From Candidatus Eiseniibacteriota bacterium (lineage in GTDB: Bacteria; Eisenbacteria; RBG-16-71-46): 64,000 nucleotides of DNA. The notes beneath the pieces were generated by a model that saw nothing but the letters and a program-made list of their open reading frames with translations, made no database searches and had not been told where the DNA came from. This document shows positions 45,412-55,270 of the stretch, in pieces. The DNA is taken from the NCBI GenBank assembly GCA_031370785.1, contig JANMQY010000079.1, positions 1-64,000 on the forward strand. Direction: 5' to 3'. The translations under genes and the position numbers were made by a program. Each line of letters opens with the position of its first letter. Positions within the stretch are counted from its first letter, which is position 1.

Positions 45412-46617
45412 TCACGACTGCGGCCTGCTGAACCGGTAGAACAGAGTGATGCGGGCCTGCAGGTCGTGGTGAGCGGGGGCGACCGCCGTGCCCTTCGCCA
45501 GATACTGAGTGGCCTCGACGTTGGGAATGACGTGGACGTCCTTGAACGGCTGCCAGTCGACACCCGCGATCCACAGCTGCGAATCCACGCGATTGCTCGC
45601 GCGACGATTTGGAATCCACTGGTCGAAGCGCGCCAGCAGCACGACCGTGGAGCTTAACGTCGCGCGGGCAAAACACGAGTACCCGCGCGGCTCCTCGGTC
45701 GGGGCCGGACCCTTTCGATTCAGCCGGTCGAGCGCCTCGAAACCGATCGCGACGCGCCTGAATTCATATCCCGCGAAGATCTTCCAGGTGGTCTGGTCGT
45801 TGTTGATCGCCGCGCTCTCGGGCTGGACCGGCTGCGCTCGGTCGAGGTTCACCCGCACGCCCTGATAGTCCGCGTACGGCTCGATGCGCAGAGCGCCCAC
45901 ACGCAGCGGCAGCGCGAAGTAGAGCTTCTTGAACCGATCGGTCTCCGGTTTCTGGCCGGTGCCATCGCCGATCGCGGCGATGTAGCCGACATGGTGATCC
46001 GGGTCGGCGAATCCCTTGAGCTCGAGGGCGAGGTCGGTCGCATTGCCGATCGAGCGGAAGTCGCCAATCGTCTTCTCGACCGCGCGGTATTGCCAGAAAT
46101 CCTCGGAGTTCTCCCACGTTGGAGTGACGATCATGCCGACGTACAGATCGGTGCGCGGCAGGACGCCCTTGGCCTGAAGGTAGGCCGAGCGCAGGGCGAC
46201 TCCGATCTTTCCGTCCGAGGTCAGGGACTTGCTGTCGGCTTCGAGTCGAAAGCGCGTGGCGAGGCGGACCGAAAGATCGTTGTCGAGCTGGAAGTAGACG
46301 CGGCGGATCTGAACGCCGTTCAATCCCTGGGTGATCGGTTTCTTTCCGTCGATGTTGGTCTGACCCAGGTCCGCGCCGTTCACGTCGTAGACGTGGCTGG
46401 GGTCACCGGAGAGATTGCCGTAGAGGTCACCGAACACCAGGCCGCTGATCCGTCCGCGCGGGAAGTCGGGGGGGGTCTGCGGAACCACGATCGCGATCGG
46501 GATCGGCGGCGGGGTCGAGGCGCTATCCGGCGAGGTCGAGCCGGTCGCGGACATCTGTGCGGAGCAGGGGACCGCAACGGTCAGCGCTGCGGCAATGAAC
46601 CAGGCGCGTCCTGTCAT
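45412..46617 (-). CDS. Outer-membrane porin, probably phosphate-selective (OprO/P-like)
   Basis: AAAGGAG RBS; signal peptide; beta-barrel pattern (IRRVYF, RFRLE, AYLQ, ARFD); first gene of the pst operon. Confidence 0.7.
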   Translation of the reverse strand: MTGRAWFIAAALTVAVPCSAQMSATGSTSPDSASTPPPIPIAIVVPQTPPDFPRGRISGLVFGDLYGNLSGDPSHVYDVNGADLGQTNIDGKKPITQGLNGVQIRRVYFQLDNDLSVRLATRFRLEADSKSLTSDGKIGVALRSAYLQAKGVLPRTDLYVGMIVTPTWENSEDFWQYRAVEKTIGDFRSIGNATDLALELKGFADPDHHVGYIAAIGDGTGQKPETDRFKKLYFALPLRVGALRIEPYADYQGVRVNLDRAQPVQPESAAINNDQTTWKIFAGYEFRRVAIGFEALDRLNRKGPAPTEEPRGYSCFARATLSSTVVLLARFDQWIPNRRASNRVDSQLWIAGVDWQPFKDVHVIPNVEATQYLAKGTAVAPAHHDLQARITLFYRFSRPQS

Positions 46618-46710
46618 GGCGCTCCTTTCGGGATGGAGTGTCGCTGCAACTGGAGTTTCGAGGGGTTCCACTTCGGCCGCCGCATGTCCCGGTAAAAGAA
46701 CACGGCGGGA

Positions 46711-46750
46711 GTTACGGCAGCGTTACGGCCGGATGAAATGCATGGAACGG
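46711..46750 (-). promoter_or_regulatory. Pho boxes (four 7-mers at 11-bp period)
   Basis: Minus strand CCGTTCC-N4-ATTTCAT-N4-CCGTAAC-N4-CCGTAAC, about 95 nt upstream of porin-pstSCAB-phoU. Confidence 0.7.
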
Positions 46751-46804
46751 CCGACAAGGCGCAGGGAATTCCACGGGGAGTCCGTCTGCCAGCGCCTCAG
46801 AGCC

Positions 46805-47146
46805 TCATTCTTCGTCGGTCCGGGCGCGTTCGCGTTTCCGGCGCGCGGCAACCCGCTTGGCGGCGAGGCGCGCCTCGACCGCGGAGCGGCTCGGCCGGGT
46901 CGCGTGACGTGGCTTGGGCTTGTGGGCGCGGCGCTGGATCTCGGCCCACACCCTTTCGAGTGCGGCTTCACGGTTGCGCAGCTGCGAGCGGCTCTCGGTG
47001 GCGATGCGGGTGATTCCGGTCGGGCGATGGCGCACGCGCACGCTCGACTCGGTCTTGTTCTTCTTCTGTCCGCCCGGCCCCGACGATTTGTAGGCAACGA
47101 CATCGCAGTCGCGGGCCAGGCGCTCGAGATGTTCCGGCAACGCCAT
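46805..47146 (-). CDS. ArfB-like peptidyl-tRNA hydrolase (RF-1 domain)
   Basis: SSGPGGQ, NKTESSV, RSQLRN; basic C-terminal tail KPRHATRPS. Confidence 0.85.
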   Translation of the reverse strand: MALPEHLERLARDCDVVAYKSSGPGGQKKNKTESSVRVRHRPTGITRIATESRSQLRNREAALERVWAEIQRRAHKPKPRHATRPSRSAVEARLAAKRVAARRKRERARTDEE

Positions 47147-47221
47147 GGCCGCATGCTAGCGCAGGAGCGGCCGCGTTTCGCTGCCGTTTGGTGAGCGTTT
47201 ACTTCCCGCCATGCCCGGCGA

Positions 47222-49672
47222 ATGACCTATTGCATCGAAGGTGCGAACTCGGGGATCATCGTGCGGTCGCCAAGCCGGCCCGGGTCTCACACCTCGGACC
47301 GGAGGCATGGCACGCGCGGGACGCGCGCCATCAGCCCCACAGGAAATCGAAGCGCGTCATCGTGCCATCGCAACCTGCCACGCCGGCGCGCCTCTTGGAG
47401 ATCCACCATCCCCCGTTCCTCCTGCCCCGCATCGGGCCCGGCATTCGCACGCCGCGTGGCCCGGATCTTCGCGATTGCCGTTTTTGGAGCACTCACGCTG
47501 TTCGGTAGCCCACGCGCGGGTAATCGCATCTGGACGGGCGTCGCGCCGCGGGCCCGGAGCATCGAGGCAATCGCGCGCGATCCTCTGAACCCTTCTCGCA
47601 TGTGGGTCGCCTCGTTCGGAGCCGGCGTGTACCGGTCGCTGGACGGGGGGGTGACCTGGAAGGCATATCGCTCGGGCCTGATCAACACCTTCGTGCGCTG
47701 TCTCGCAGTTCAGCCCCTGCATCCGGATTCGGTTCTGTGCGGCACTAACGACGGCGTGTTCCTCAGCGTGGACGGTGGCGTGACGTGGAAGGCTCTGCTC
47801 TCGACGACTCGATCGGTGCGCTCGCTCGCCATTCATCCGGTGCGGACCGGCGTCGTCTATGCGGCGCTGTACGGCGGCGGCGTCTACAAGTCGCTGAACG
47901 CGGGCGCGAGCTGGAGCGCGATCAACCTGGGCCTGGTCAACACCAACGTGCGTGACATCGCGATCTATCCGACGCGGCCCGAGACCCTGCTGGCTGCGAC
48001 CGGGACCGGCGGCGGAATTCATCGGAGCTTCAACGGTGGCTTGAGCTGGGCCCAGGTGCCGGACACTACGGCAACTCGGGGCGCGGCGGAGCAGGTGCAG
48101 TTCGACGCGCTCGACCCCTCGCGAATCTATGTCGCCGAGCTGGACCGCGGCGTGCTGCGCAGCACCGACGGCGGCACCAACTGGGGGCGCATCAACGGTG
48201 GCCTGTCGTCGTTCCGGGGACGATCGCTGGCGGTGGTGGACACGCTGCGCTGGTTCGGCACCGACGGCGCCGGCGTTTTCGTGACCTCGCTCAACGATAC
48301 GATGTGGCACCCCGTCGACATCGGGCCGACCGGCCGGGTCGTGGATGCGCTGTGGTCCTCGGCCGCGGAACCGTCCACCGCCCTCGCGGGTACTGACGGA
48401 GACGGGATGTTCCTCACTTCCGACCGCGGAGCGTCGTGGATCCCGGTAGACGGCGGCCTGATGTCCACTCAGGCGTTTTCACTCGCGGTGCGCCCATCCA
48501 CTCATGTCGTCTATGCCGGCACCGGCTTCGGCGATCAGTTCTGGCGGAGCGCGGACGTCGGCGCGTCGTGGACGCGCGCCACGCGATTGGTCACGAACAA
48601 TTCGGAACATGGTGTCGCACCGGATCCGCTGCTGGCCGGTCGAGTGTATCTGTCGGCGTATGGCTCGGGGGTGTACCGCAGTGATGACGATGGCGCGACC
48701 TGGCTGAATCCCGACAGCCTGAACGCAACGCTCACCAACCGGTTCGTCCGCCCGCTGCTGGTCTGGCCGGGCCAGAGCGAGCACCTGTTCGTCGGCACCG
48801 GCATCGGACCATTCGAGAGCACGGACGGAGGCGCGCAATGGGCTTCACGCGTCGGGAACCTGCCGGCGGGCTTCGGCGTGCACTCAATGGCGCTGGTGCC
48901 GGGGGTGCCGGCCACGTTGTATGTGGGGAACGACAGCGCCGGCGTCTACCGCTCGAACGATGGCGGCACGACCTGGAATCAAAAATCGGCCGGGCTGCTC
49001 TCGCCATTCGTTCGCGCCATCGTAGTGGACGCCGTCGATCCGCTCCGGGTATACGTCGCGACCGACTCGGGAGTATTTCGCAGCGTCGATGGGGGTAACG
49101 CGTGGGTCGCGGCGCGCGCCGGGCTCCCCGCGGGGCTGGTGGTGCGGGCGCTGGTGCAGGATCCGGCGCACGGAGCGCTATTCTGCGGCGTCTATGGAGG
49201 CGGAGTGTTCGAGAGCGTCGATGGTGCCGGCACCTGGCTGCCGGTCTTCGGGCAGCAGGGGCTCAGTGATCTGCACGTACGCGCGCTTGCGGTGGACACC
49301 GGCCAGCGCGCCCTCTATGCCGGCACCGAGAACGGTGTCGCCTCGGTGACCTTCTACGACGCCCTCGACGTGCCGCGGCCGGTTGCGGGATCCAGGCTTA
49401 GCCTTTCGGCCTCGCCCAACCCTTCGTCCGGGTCCGGACCCGAGCTGCGCTTCGCAATGGCACGTGCCGGCTCCGCGCAGCTTTCGATCTACGACACGGC
49501 CGGGCGCCGGGTGCGGGTGCTCGCCGACGCGTGGCTCGAAGCCGGGGAGCACGAGGCGCGCTGGGACGGCCGGGACGCCCGCGGCTTTCCCGCGCCGGCC
49601 GGTCTCTATTTCGCGCGGCTGGTCGTACCCGACGGAGTCCGTGTCGTGCGTCTCGCGCGCCTCATGAGGTGA
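47222..49672 (+). CDS. Secreted BNR/VPS10-type beta-propeller protein with C-terminal FlgD-Ig/T9SS-like domain
   Basis: More than 10 Asp-boxes (SxDGGxxW); C-terminal IYDTAGRRV...WDGRD...AGLYFARL. True start may be GTG 47456. Confidence 0.85.
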   Translation: MTYCIEGANSGIIVRSPSRPGSHTSDRRHGTRGTRAISPTGNRSASSCHRNLPRRRASWRSTIPRSSCPASGPAFARRVARIFAIAVFGALTLFGSPRAGNRIWTGVAPRARSIEAIARDPLNPSRMWVASFGAGVYRSLDGGVTWKAYRSGLINTFVRCLAVQPLHPDSVLCGTNDGVFLSVDGGVTWKALLSTTRSVRSLAIHPVRTGVVYAALYGGGVYKSLNAGASWSAINLGLVNTNVRDIAIYPTRPETLLAATGTGGGIHRSFNGGLSWAQVPDTTATRGAAEQVQFDALDPSRIYVAELDRGVLRSTDGGTNWGRINGGLSSFRGRSLAVVDTLRWFGTDGAGVFVTSLNDTMWHPVDIGPTGRVVDALWSSAAEPSTALAGTDGDGMFLTSDRGASWIPVDGGLMSTQAFSLAVRPSTHVVYAGTGFGDQFWRSADVGASWTRATRLVTNNSEHGVAPDPLLAGRVYLSAYGSGVYRSDDDGATWLNPDSLNATLTNRFVRPLLVWPGQSEHLFVGTGIGPFESTDGGAQWASRVGNLPAGFGVHSMALVPGVPATLYVGNDSAGVYRSNDGGTTWNQKSAGLLSPFVRAIVVDAVDPLRVYVATDSGVFRSVDGGNAWVAARAGLPAGLVVRALVQDPAHGALFCGVYGGGVFESVDGAGTWLPVFGQQGLSDLHVRALAVDTGQRALYAGTENGVASVTFYDALDVPRPVAGSRLSLSASPNPSSGSGPELRFAMARAGSAQLSIYDTAGRRVRVLADAWLEAGEHEARWDGRDARGFPAPAGLYFARLVVPDGVRVVRLARLMR

Positions 49673-50856
49673 TGCGGGGCATGCTCGTTCCGGGATTTCT
49701 GACGCTCGGCCTCGTGGCGTACGGCCTGTGGGAGTCGCGCTCCCACGCGGCCATGCTGTCCCGCATTCCGACCCGCGTCCACGTCAACGGCACGCGCGGA
49801 AAGTCCTCGGTGACCCGGCTCATCGCCGGTGGATTGCGCATGGGTGGCGTGAGGACTTTCGCCAAGACCACCGGCACCATGGCGCGCATGATTCGTCCCG
49901 ACGGCGCAGAGGTGGACGTGTATCGAGTCGGCCGGCCCAACATCATCGAGCAGACACGCATCATACGCCGCGCGGTGGAAGCGGACACCCACGCGCTGGT
50001 CGTCGAGTGCATGGCGGTCTCACCCGAGCTACAACCGCTCTCCGAGCTGCGGCTGATCCGCAGCACGGTCGGCGTCATCACTAATTGCCGCGCCGACCAC
50101 CTTGACGTGATGGGACCGACCACCGACGACGTCGCGCGGGCGCTGGCGCAGACCTGCCCGCTGCGTGGACACCTGTTCACCGCGGAGCGCGATCGCGCGT
50201 GGATCCTCGAATCGGTCGCGCGCGATCGCGGCACGGATCTGCACGTGATCGATTCTGCGGACGTCACGCCCGCCGAGATGGCGTCTTTCTCGTACATCGA
50301 GCATGCAGAGAACGTCGCGCTGGCCCTTGCGGTGTGCACGCACCTCGGGGTGTCGCGCGAGGCGGCGCTGGCGGGCATGCAGGTGGCGACTCCCGACCCG
50401 GGCGTGCTTCGCCGGTTCGTGGTTCACGTCGGGGGCAGAACGGTCGAATTCGTGAATGCGTTTGCCGCCAATGACCCGGACTCCACCCTGCTCATCTGGG
50501 AGCGCCTCGGACTCGAAGTGCCCCGCGCCGGAATCCAGCGAATCGTTCTGGCCCACTGCCGCCCCGATCGGATACAGCGCTCGGGCCAGATCGCGCAACT
50601 GGTCGCCACCCGACTGAAGTCGGATCACGTCGTGCTCTGCGGAGAGGATACCGATCTGGTGGCGTTTCACGCGGTCAAGGCGGGACTGCCGCGCGAGCGA
50701 ATCAGCAATCTCGGAGGGCGCGGCGCGGAAGCGGTGTATGAACATGTTCTCGATCTCGTGAAGGAGAAGGGCATCGTGGTCGGAATCGGCAATATCGTGG
50801 GACTGGGGGAGGAAATCGTGCTCCATTTCAGAAACCGGATGGTGCGTGGTGGTTGA
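49672..50856 (+). CDS. pgsB: Poly-gamma-glutamate synthase
   Basis: HVNGTRGKSSVTRL, AKTTG, VECMA, DHLDVMG, FAANDPDST. Confidence 0.95.
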   Translation: MRGMLVPGFLTLGLVAYGLWESRSHAAMLSRIPTRVHVNGTRGKSSVTRLIAGGLRMGGVRTFAKTTGTMARMIRPDGAEVDVYRVGRPNIIEQTRIIRRAVEADTHALVVECMAVSPELQPLSELRLIRSTVGVITNCRADHLDVMGPTTDDVARALAQTCPLRGHLFTAERDRAWILESVARDRGTDLHVIDSADVTPAEMASFSYIEHAENVALALAVCTHLGVSREAALAGMQVATPDPGVLRRFVVHVGGRTVEFVNAFAANDPDSTLLIWERLGLEVPRAGIQRIVLAHCRPDRIQRSGQIAQLVATRLKSDHVVLCGEDTDLVAFHAVKAGLPRERISNLGGRGAEAVYEHVLDLVKEKGIVVGIGNIVGLGEEIVLHFRNRMVRGG

Positions 50857-51298
50857 ACAGGCGATCGGCCTCGGTCTGGTGATCAGCCTGATCTTCTCGG
50901 AGACTCTCGGACTGGCGGCCGGAGGCATGGTGGTGCCCGGATACCTCGCGCTCACCATCCACGAGCCGCTGCGCATCCTCGGCACCGTGCTGATCGCGCT
51001 GCTCACCTTCGGCGCGGTGAGGTTCCTGTCGCTCTATACGCTCATCTATGGGCGGCGACGCATCGTGGTCGCCGTGCTCATCGGATTCGTATTCGGCGCA
51101 CTGTCGCGCAACCTGCTGTTCTTCCGCTGGCACGAGACTCCCGTCGACATTCGCACCATCGGATACGTCATCCCCGGCCTGATCGCCAACTGGATGGAGC
51201 GCCAGGGCGTGCTACAGACCCTGTGCGTCATGACCACCACCGCGGTTCTGGTGCGCCTGCTGTTGATGCTGATCAACGGCGGAACCCTCATCCGATGA
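50846..51298 (+). CDS. pgsC: Poly-gamma-glutamate biosynthesis membrane protein
   Basis: AGGMVVPGYLAL, IYGRRR, IGYVIPGLIAN. Confidence 0.95.
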   Translation: MVVEQAIGLGLVISLIFSETLGLAAGGMVVPGYLALTIHEPLRILGTVLIALLTFGAVRFLSLYTLIYGRRRIVVAVLIGFVFGALSRNLLFFRWHETPVDIRTIGYVIPGLIANWMERQGVLQTLCVMTTTAVLVRLLLMLINGGTLIR

Positions 51299-52422
51299 GT
51301 CTGGCCCGCGCCTCCACTCCCGCCCTCGCCGCGCTTGCGCTGCTGTCGCTCGTCGTCTATGCCGTCGCCGAGCGCTCGGTGACTCCCGTGCACGCCGAGG
51401 CTTATCGCATCAAGCTCGACGCCATGCGCGTGATGCAGCGGGCGGAGCATGCGGTGCTCGAGGCCAAGCGCGCCCGCGGCATCTCGATCGATGCGAAGAA
51501 CGATCCGGTTCCCACCGGACTGATCGGCCCGCAATTCACTTTGATCACCACGGATCGCGGCGCACAGTCCGCCAAGAGTCTTGCCACGCATTCGAGTTTC
51601 GCGGCCGCCGCCGCGCAGATGATGCTGCAGGGCGGGGTTCGTCGGGGGGACCTGGTGGCGGTCGGCGTGACCGGGTCGCTTCCCGGGCTCAACGTCGCGG
51701 TGTTCTCGGCCTGTCGCGCAGTGGGCGCGGAGCCGGTCGTGATCACTTCGGCAGGAGCCTCGATGTTCGGCGCGACCGATCCCGAGATGACCTGGCTCGA
51801 CATGGAGTCGGCGATCGTCGCGCGCGGCCTGTGGCCGGACGGCTTCCGATCGATCGCTGCCTCGCTCGGTGGCGGCGGCGACGCCGGGCGCGGGCTGTCC
51901 CCGACCGGGCGCCAGCTGCTGCGCGATGCCATCGACCGCAATCATGTTCGATTCCTCGATCCACCCACCGTGTTCGAGGCGGTCCGCGAGCGCGTCGCTC
52001 TCTACGACTCGGTGGCCGCCGCCCGGGGCAGGCCGATCCGGATGTACGTCAACGTCGGAGGCGGCGTGGCGAGTCTCGGCGGCGCGCAGAATGGACGGTT
52101 GATCCCGGCCGGCCTCAGTCCGCGCCTCACCACTCGCAACTATCCGAATCGCGGCGTGATCAACGTTCTCGGCGAACGGCGCATTCCCGTGATTCATCTG
52201 CTGCAGGTGGAGAAGCTGGCACGCGAGTTCGAGATCACGGACGCCGCGGGCGAGCCGGTCAAGCCCGGCCGCGGGCTGCTGTTCGTGAAGTATCGCTACA
52301 ACCTCGCGATCGTGGCAGGGGCGGCGGTGCTGGTCCTCTTCGCCAACCTGTTCGTGCTGCGTCACGACATTCGCCAGAAGCTGCTCGGCCAGCCCCATCC
52401 GGAAAGGATTCCGCTCGCATGA
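51295..52422 (+). CDS. pgsW: Poly-gamma-glutamate system protein (PgsW-type)
   Basis: TGLIG...ITTDRG...AK, TGSLPGLN, GASMFGA, SLGGGGD, YVNVGG; N- and C-terminal TM helices; follows pgsC. Confidence 0.8.
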   Translation: MSLARASTPALAALALLSLVVYAVAERSVTPVHAEAYRIKLDAMRVMQRAEHAVLEAKRARGISIDAKNDPVPTGLIGPQFTLITTDRGAQSAKSLATHSSFAAAAAQMMLQGGVRRGDLVAVGVTGSLPGLNVAVFSACRAVGAEPVVITSAGASMFGATDPEMTWLDMESAIVARGLWPDGFRSIAASLGGGGDAGRGLSPTGRQLLRDAIDRNHVRFLDPPTVFEAVRERVALYDSVAAARGRPIRMYVNVGGGVASLGGAQNGRLIPAGLSPRLTTRNYPNRGVINVLGERRIPVIHLLQVEKLAREFEITDAAGEPVKPGRGLLFVKYRYNLAIVAGAAVLVLFANLFVLRHDIRQKLLGQPHPERIPLA

Positions 52423-53330
52423 AGGCGTCGTACCTGTTCCTGCTCGTGTTGTTGCTCGCATCAGCTCCCGACCCGCGCTCTCCAGGCGTGCAGGCCGCGG
52501 GCTGGGTCACCATCGAGAAGCTGACGGACGCGAAACCGGTTCACGTGCTGGTGCGCGGCCAGGACCGGGTCTACTTCCGGATCACGCCCCAGAGGCCGCT
52601 CAACGTCGCAATCGATGGGCCGGTCCGCGTGCGCGTCGTGACCCGGGTCGAGCTGCGCGGCGCCGGGGACACGATCGCGACCTACAAGGTCCGCGCGGTC
52701 GAGAACGGTCGCGAGCTCGAGATTCTCGACACCGAGAGCTCCGCCGCTTCCGAGACCCGGCTGGCCGACGGCCCGGGTGTGCTCGGCAAGAGCCGGCGCA
52801 TGACGTTCGATGTGCCGGCCGGCCGCCATCGCATCCAGCTCGCGCTCGAAGGCACCGCGTCCGCGCTGGTCAGGCTGCAGCTCTCCCGTGAAAAGATCGG
52901 AGACGAGGCCATGGTCTCGCTCACCCCGACCGAAGCGCCGCGCAGCGTCTCGGTGATCGAGGGCGAGAAGACCGTGCCGTACTACAGCGTGCTCCCCGGC
53001 CAGCCGGTGCGGCTTCGCGTGATCGGACCGACGACGCTCGAGCTCATGACCCGCCTCGATTTCGACGCCACCATGCGCGGGACACAGACCTATCGAGTGC
53101 GGGTGACGGGGCGTGGAAAGGTGCTTCGTGAAGCGGAGTTCAAGACGACGAAGGCCACGACTGCCACTTACGCCAATCTGCCGGATCGCGTGCCTTCGAA
53201 ATTCGACCGCGTGGTCGTTCGTCTGGGAGGGGGCGTGCATGAGCTCGCCATCGAGCTGCTCTCGCCCGTTCGCGGGTCGGCCGAGATCCGCGCGCGCATC
53301 CCGCAACCATCCGTTGGCAACGAGGAATGA
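52419..53330 (+). CDS. Exported hypothetical protein with two duplicated beta-rich domains
   Basis: Signal peptide; internal repeat (YF..TP.RPL.V.IDGP..VRVVTR / YY...PGQPV.LRVIGP..LELMTR); ATGA overlaps at both ends. Confidence 0.75.
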   Translation: MKASYLFLLVLLLASAPDPRSPGVQAAGWVTIEKLTDAKPVHVLVRGQDRVYFRITPQRPLNVAIDGPVRVRVVTRVELRGAGDTIATYKVRAVENGRELEILDTESSAASETRLADGPGVLGKSRRMTFDVPAGRHRIQLALEGTASALVRLQLSREKIGDEAMVSLTPTEAPRSVSVIEGEKTVPYYSVLPGQPVRLRVIGPTTLELMTRLDFDATMRGTQTYRVRVTGRGKVLREAEFKTTKATTATYANLPDRVPSKFDRVVVRLGGGVHELAIELLSPVRGSAEIRARIPQPSVGNEE

Positions 53331-54481
53331 TGGGAAACCCAGAGGTGCGCCGAAACCGCCGTCTCAGGACCGCAGCCACCGCCGTTCTCGCCGCACTCAC
53401 GCTCGGCACGGCCGACGCCGGAGCGGCGCAGAGAGTGAATCTCACACTCGGGCTCGGAGCGATCTACGACACGAACCTGCTGAAGTACTCGGCCGACCAG
53501 CGCACCCTTTTCGAGAGCGGCACTCGGCCCGACCGGTTCTCGATCCATTCGCTGGATGACCTGACGTGGAATCCGTTCGTCGCGCTCGCCTGGGATGCCG
53601 ACGCGGGGCGCGGCCGCCACCACATCCTGCGCCTTAAGAGTGAGGGGGAGTTCCACGATCGCAACCCCACCGCGGACTTCCACTCGATCAGTGCCGGCTG
53701 GCGCGAGACCTGGCGCGGCGGGCGCAGATTCTCGGTGGGATATTACGGACTGCCGCACTACTATCTGCGGCAGCTCGTCGACGAAGACTACGTGACGCCG
53801 TTTCCCGGGCTGGCGCTCCATCGTCGCGCGCAATTCGATCTGCAGATCGCCTCCACGTCGTGGGGCCAGCGCATCGCCCGGAATACCGACACCGAGCTCG
53901 CATACCAGTTCGAAAACCGGCGCTACGTGCCGGACTTTCGCGAGCGAGACTCGAAAACCCACCAGGGCGAGCTGACCTTCGGTTTCACGGGGCTGCCGGA
54001 TCGCGGCTCGATCGATGTTTCGGGAGGGTGGCGGGTGAGCAACGCGAAGGGCGTGGATGGTGACGAAGTTGCGGGCGCCCCTCCCGACGATCAGGACCTG
54101 ACCTATCACGGTCCGATCGCATCGGTGCGCGGTCGTGCCGAGCTCGGGCGAACCGCGCGCTGGCGGGTGATCGGCGATGCCGGCTACCAGTTCGGGAGCC
54201 GCACGTACGATTCGAAGGTGCCTGCCGATCGCTTCCACTTCGGGCGCCGCGATGCGCTCAATGCGGTCGAGTTCGGGCTGCGCGCCCAGTTTCGCCCTCA
54301 CCTGAGCGCCCGCGGATTCTTCCGTCACGAGTCCAACAACGCACACCACGGTGCCAACGTGGCGTCCACGACCGACCTGGGAAGCTACTCGCAGAATCAG
54401 GTCGGCCTGGTCGTGGACTGGTCGGGCGCAATCTGGCGGAGTCAGCGCGCCACGGCCGCCGAGCCGGACACGACGAATTGA
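53327..54481 (+). CDS. Outer-membrane beta-barrel protein of the PGA operon
   Basis: Signal peptide ending AGA; LGLGAIYDTN opening strand; many aromatic-girdle strands. Confidence 0.7.
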   Translation: MMGNPEVRRNRRLRTAATAVLAALTLGTADAGAAQRVNLTLGLGAIYDTNLLKYSADQRTLFESGTRPDRFSIHSLDDLTWNPFVALAWDADAGRGRHHILRLKSEGEFHDRNPTADFHSISAGWRETWRGGRRFSVGYYGLPHYYLRQLVDEDYVTPFPGLALHRRAQFDLQIASTSWGQRIARNTDTELAYQFENRRYVPDFRERDSKTHQGELTFGFTGLPDRGSIDVSGGWRVSNAKGVDGDEVAGAPPDDQDLTYHGPIASVRGRAELGRTARWRVIGDAGYQFGSRTYDSKVPADRFHFGRRDALNAVEFGLRAQFRPHLSARGFFRHESNNAHHGANVASTTDLGSYSQNQVGLVVDWSGAIWRSQRATAAEPDTTN

Positions 54482-55167
54482 TGCCTGCTCCTCGCCTCCG
54501 CCCGGGTCTGTTGCCGACATTGATCGCGGCCGCAGGGATCGCCCTGTTCGTAACGGGCTGCCATACCGCGCGCATCCTCGGGCCGCCGCCGCCGTTGCGC
54601 GCCGCGTCGGCGTCCAGCTATGCGGTGGATGTGGAGTTTGCGGAGCCGCTCGATCGCGCGAGCGCCGAAGACCCATCGCACTATGCGCTGGTCGCCGTCT
54701 CCGGTGGCGCCGCCGCGGTCATCCAGAGCGCGACCCTGGTGGACACGCTCTACGGCCGAGTCGTACAGCTCCTGATCCCGGACTGGCTCACCACCAATCC
54801 CGATACCACGGAGTTCGACCTCACCACGAGCGGCGTGATCGCGCTGGACGGGAGATCGACCGGCTCACGCACGGTGCGCTTCGCTACCGGGCTCTCCTAT
54901 CGCGCGCCGGTGCGCGCGCTGCTGGGCGCGCATTGCAGCTCGTGTCACGGGGCTTCACGCGCCGACGGAAGCTATCGCACCGACAGCGAGGCGGAGCTGG
55001 TGGGCGGCGGCAGAAATGCGACGCCCAATCTCATCGCCGGCGATCCCAACAGCCTGCTGCTGGTGAAGTGCCGGCCGGGCAACTCGATGTTCAATCGTGG
55101 CAACCTCTCCTTCCTCGACTTCGAGATCCTTCTCAACTGGGTCGTGAGTTACTCGGCGCGTTCGTAG
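54481..55167 (+). CDS. Lipoprotein with Ig-like domain and monoheme cytochrome c domain
   Basis: Lipobox-like FVTGC; VDVEFAEPLD Ig-like motif; CSSCH; distal Met (NSMF) and WV ending. Confidence 0.75.
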   Translation: MPAPRLRPGLLPTLIAAAGIALFVTGCHTARILGPPPPLRAASASSYAVDVEFAEPLDRASAEDPSHYALVAVSGGAAAVIQSATLVDTLYGRVVQLLIPDWLTTNPDTTEFDLTTSGVIALDGRSTGSRTVRFATGLSYRAPVRALLGAHCSSCHGASRADGSYRTDSEAELVGGGRNATPNLIAGDPNSLLLVKCRPGNSMFNRGNLSFLDFEILLNWVVSYSARS

Positions 55168-55270
55168 CGCTTCTGCGCCGCCGTACCCACTTGTGGCCGC
55201 TTCGCGCCCGCCGTTAGACTGCCGCCGCTAAGGCCGCAGGCCCTGTCGTCACGTCCATTCCGGAGGTCTC

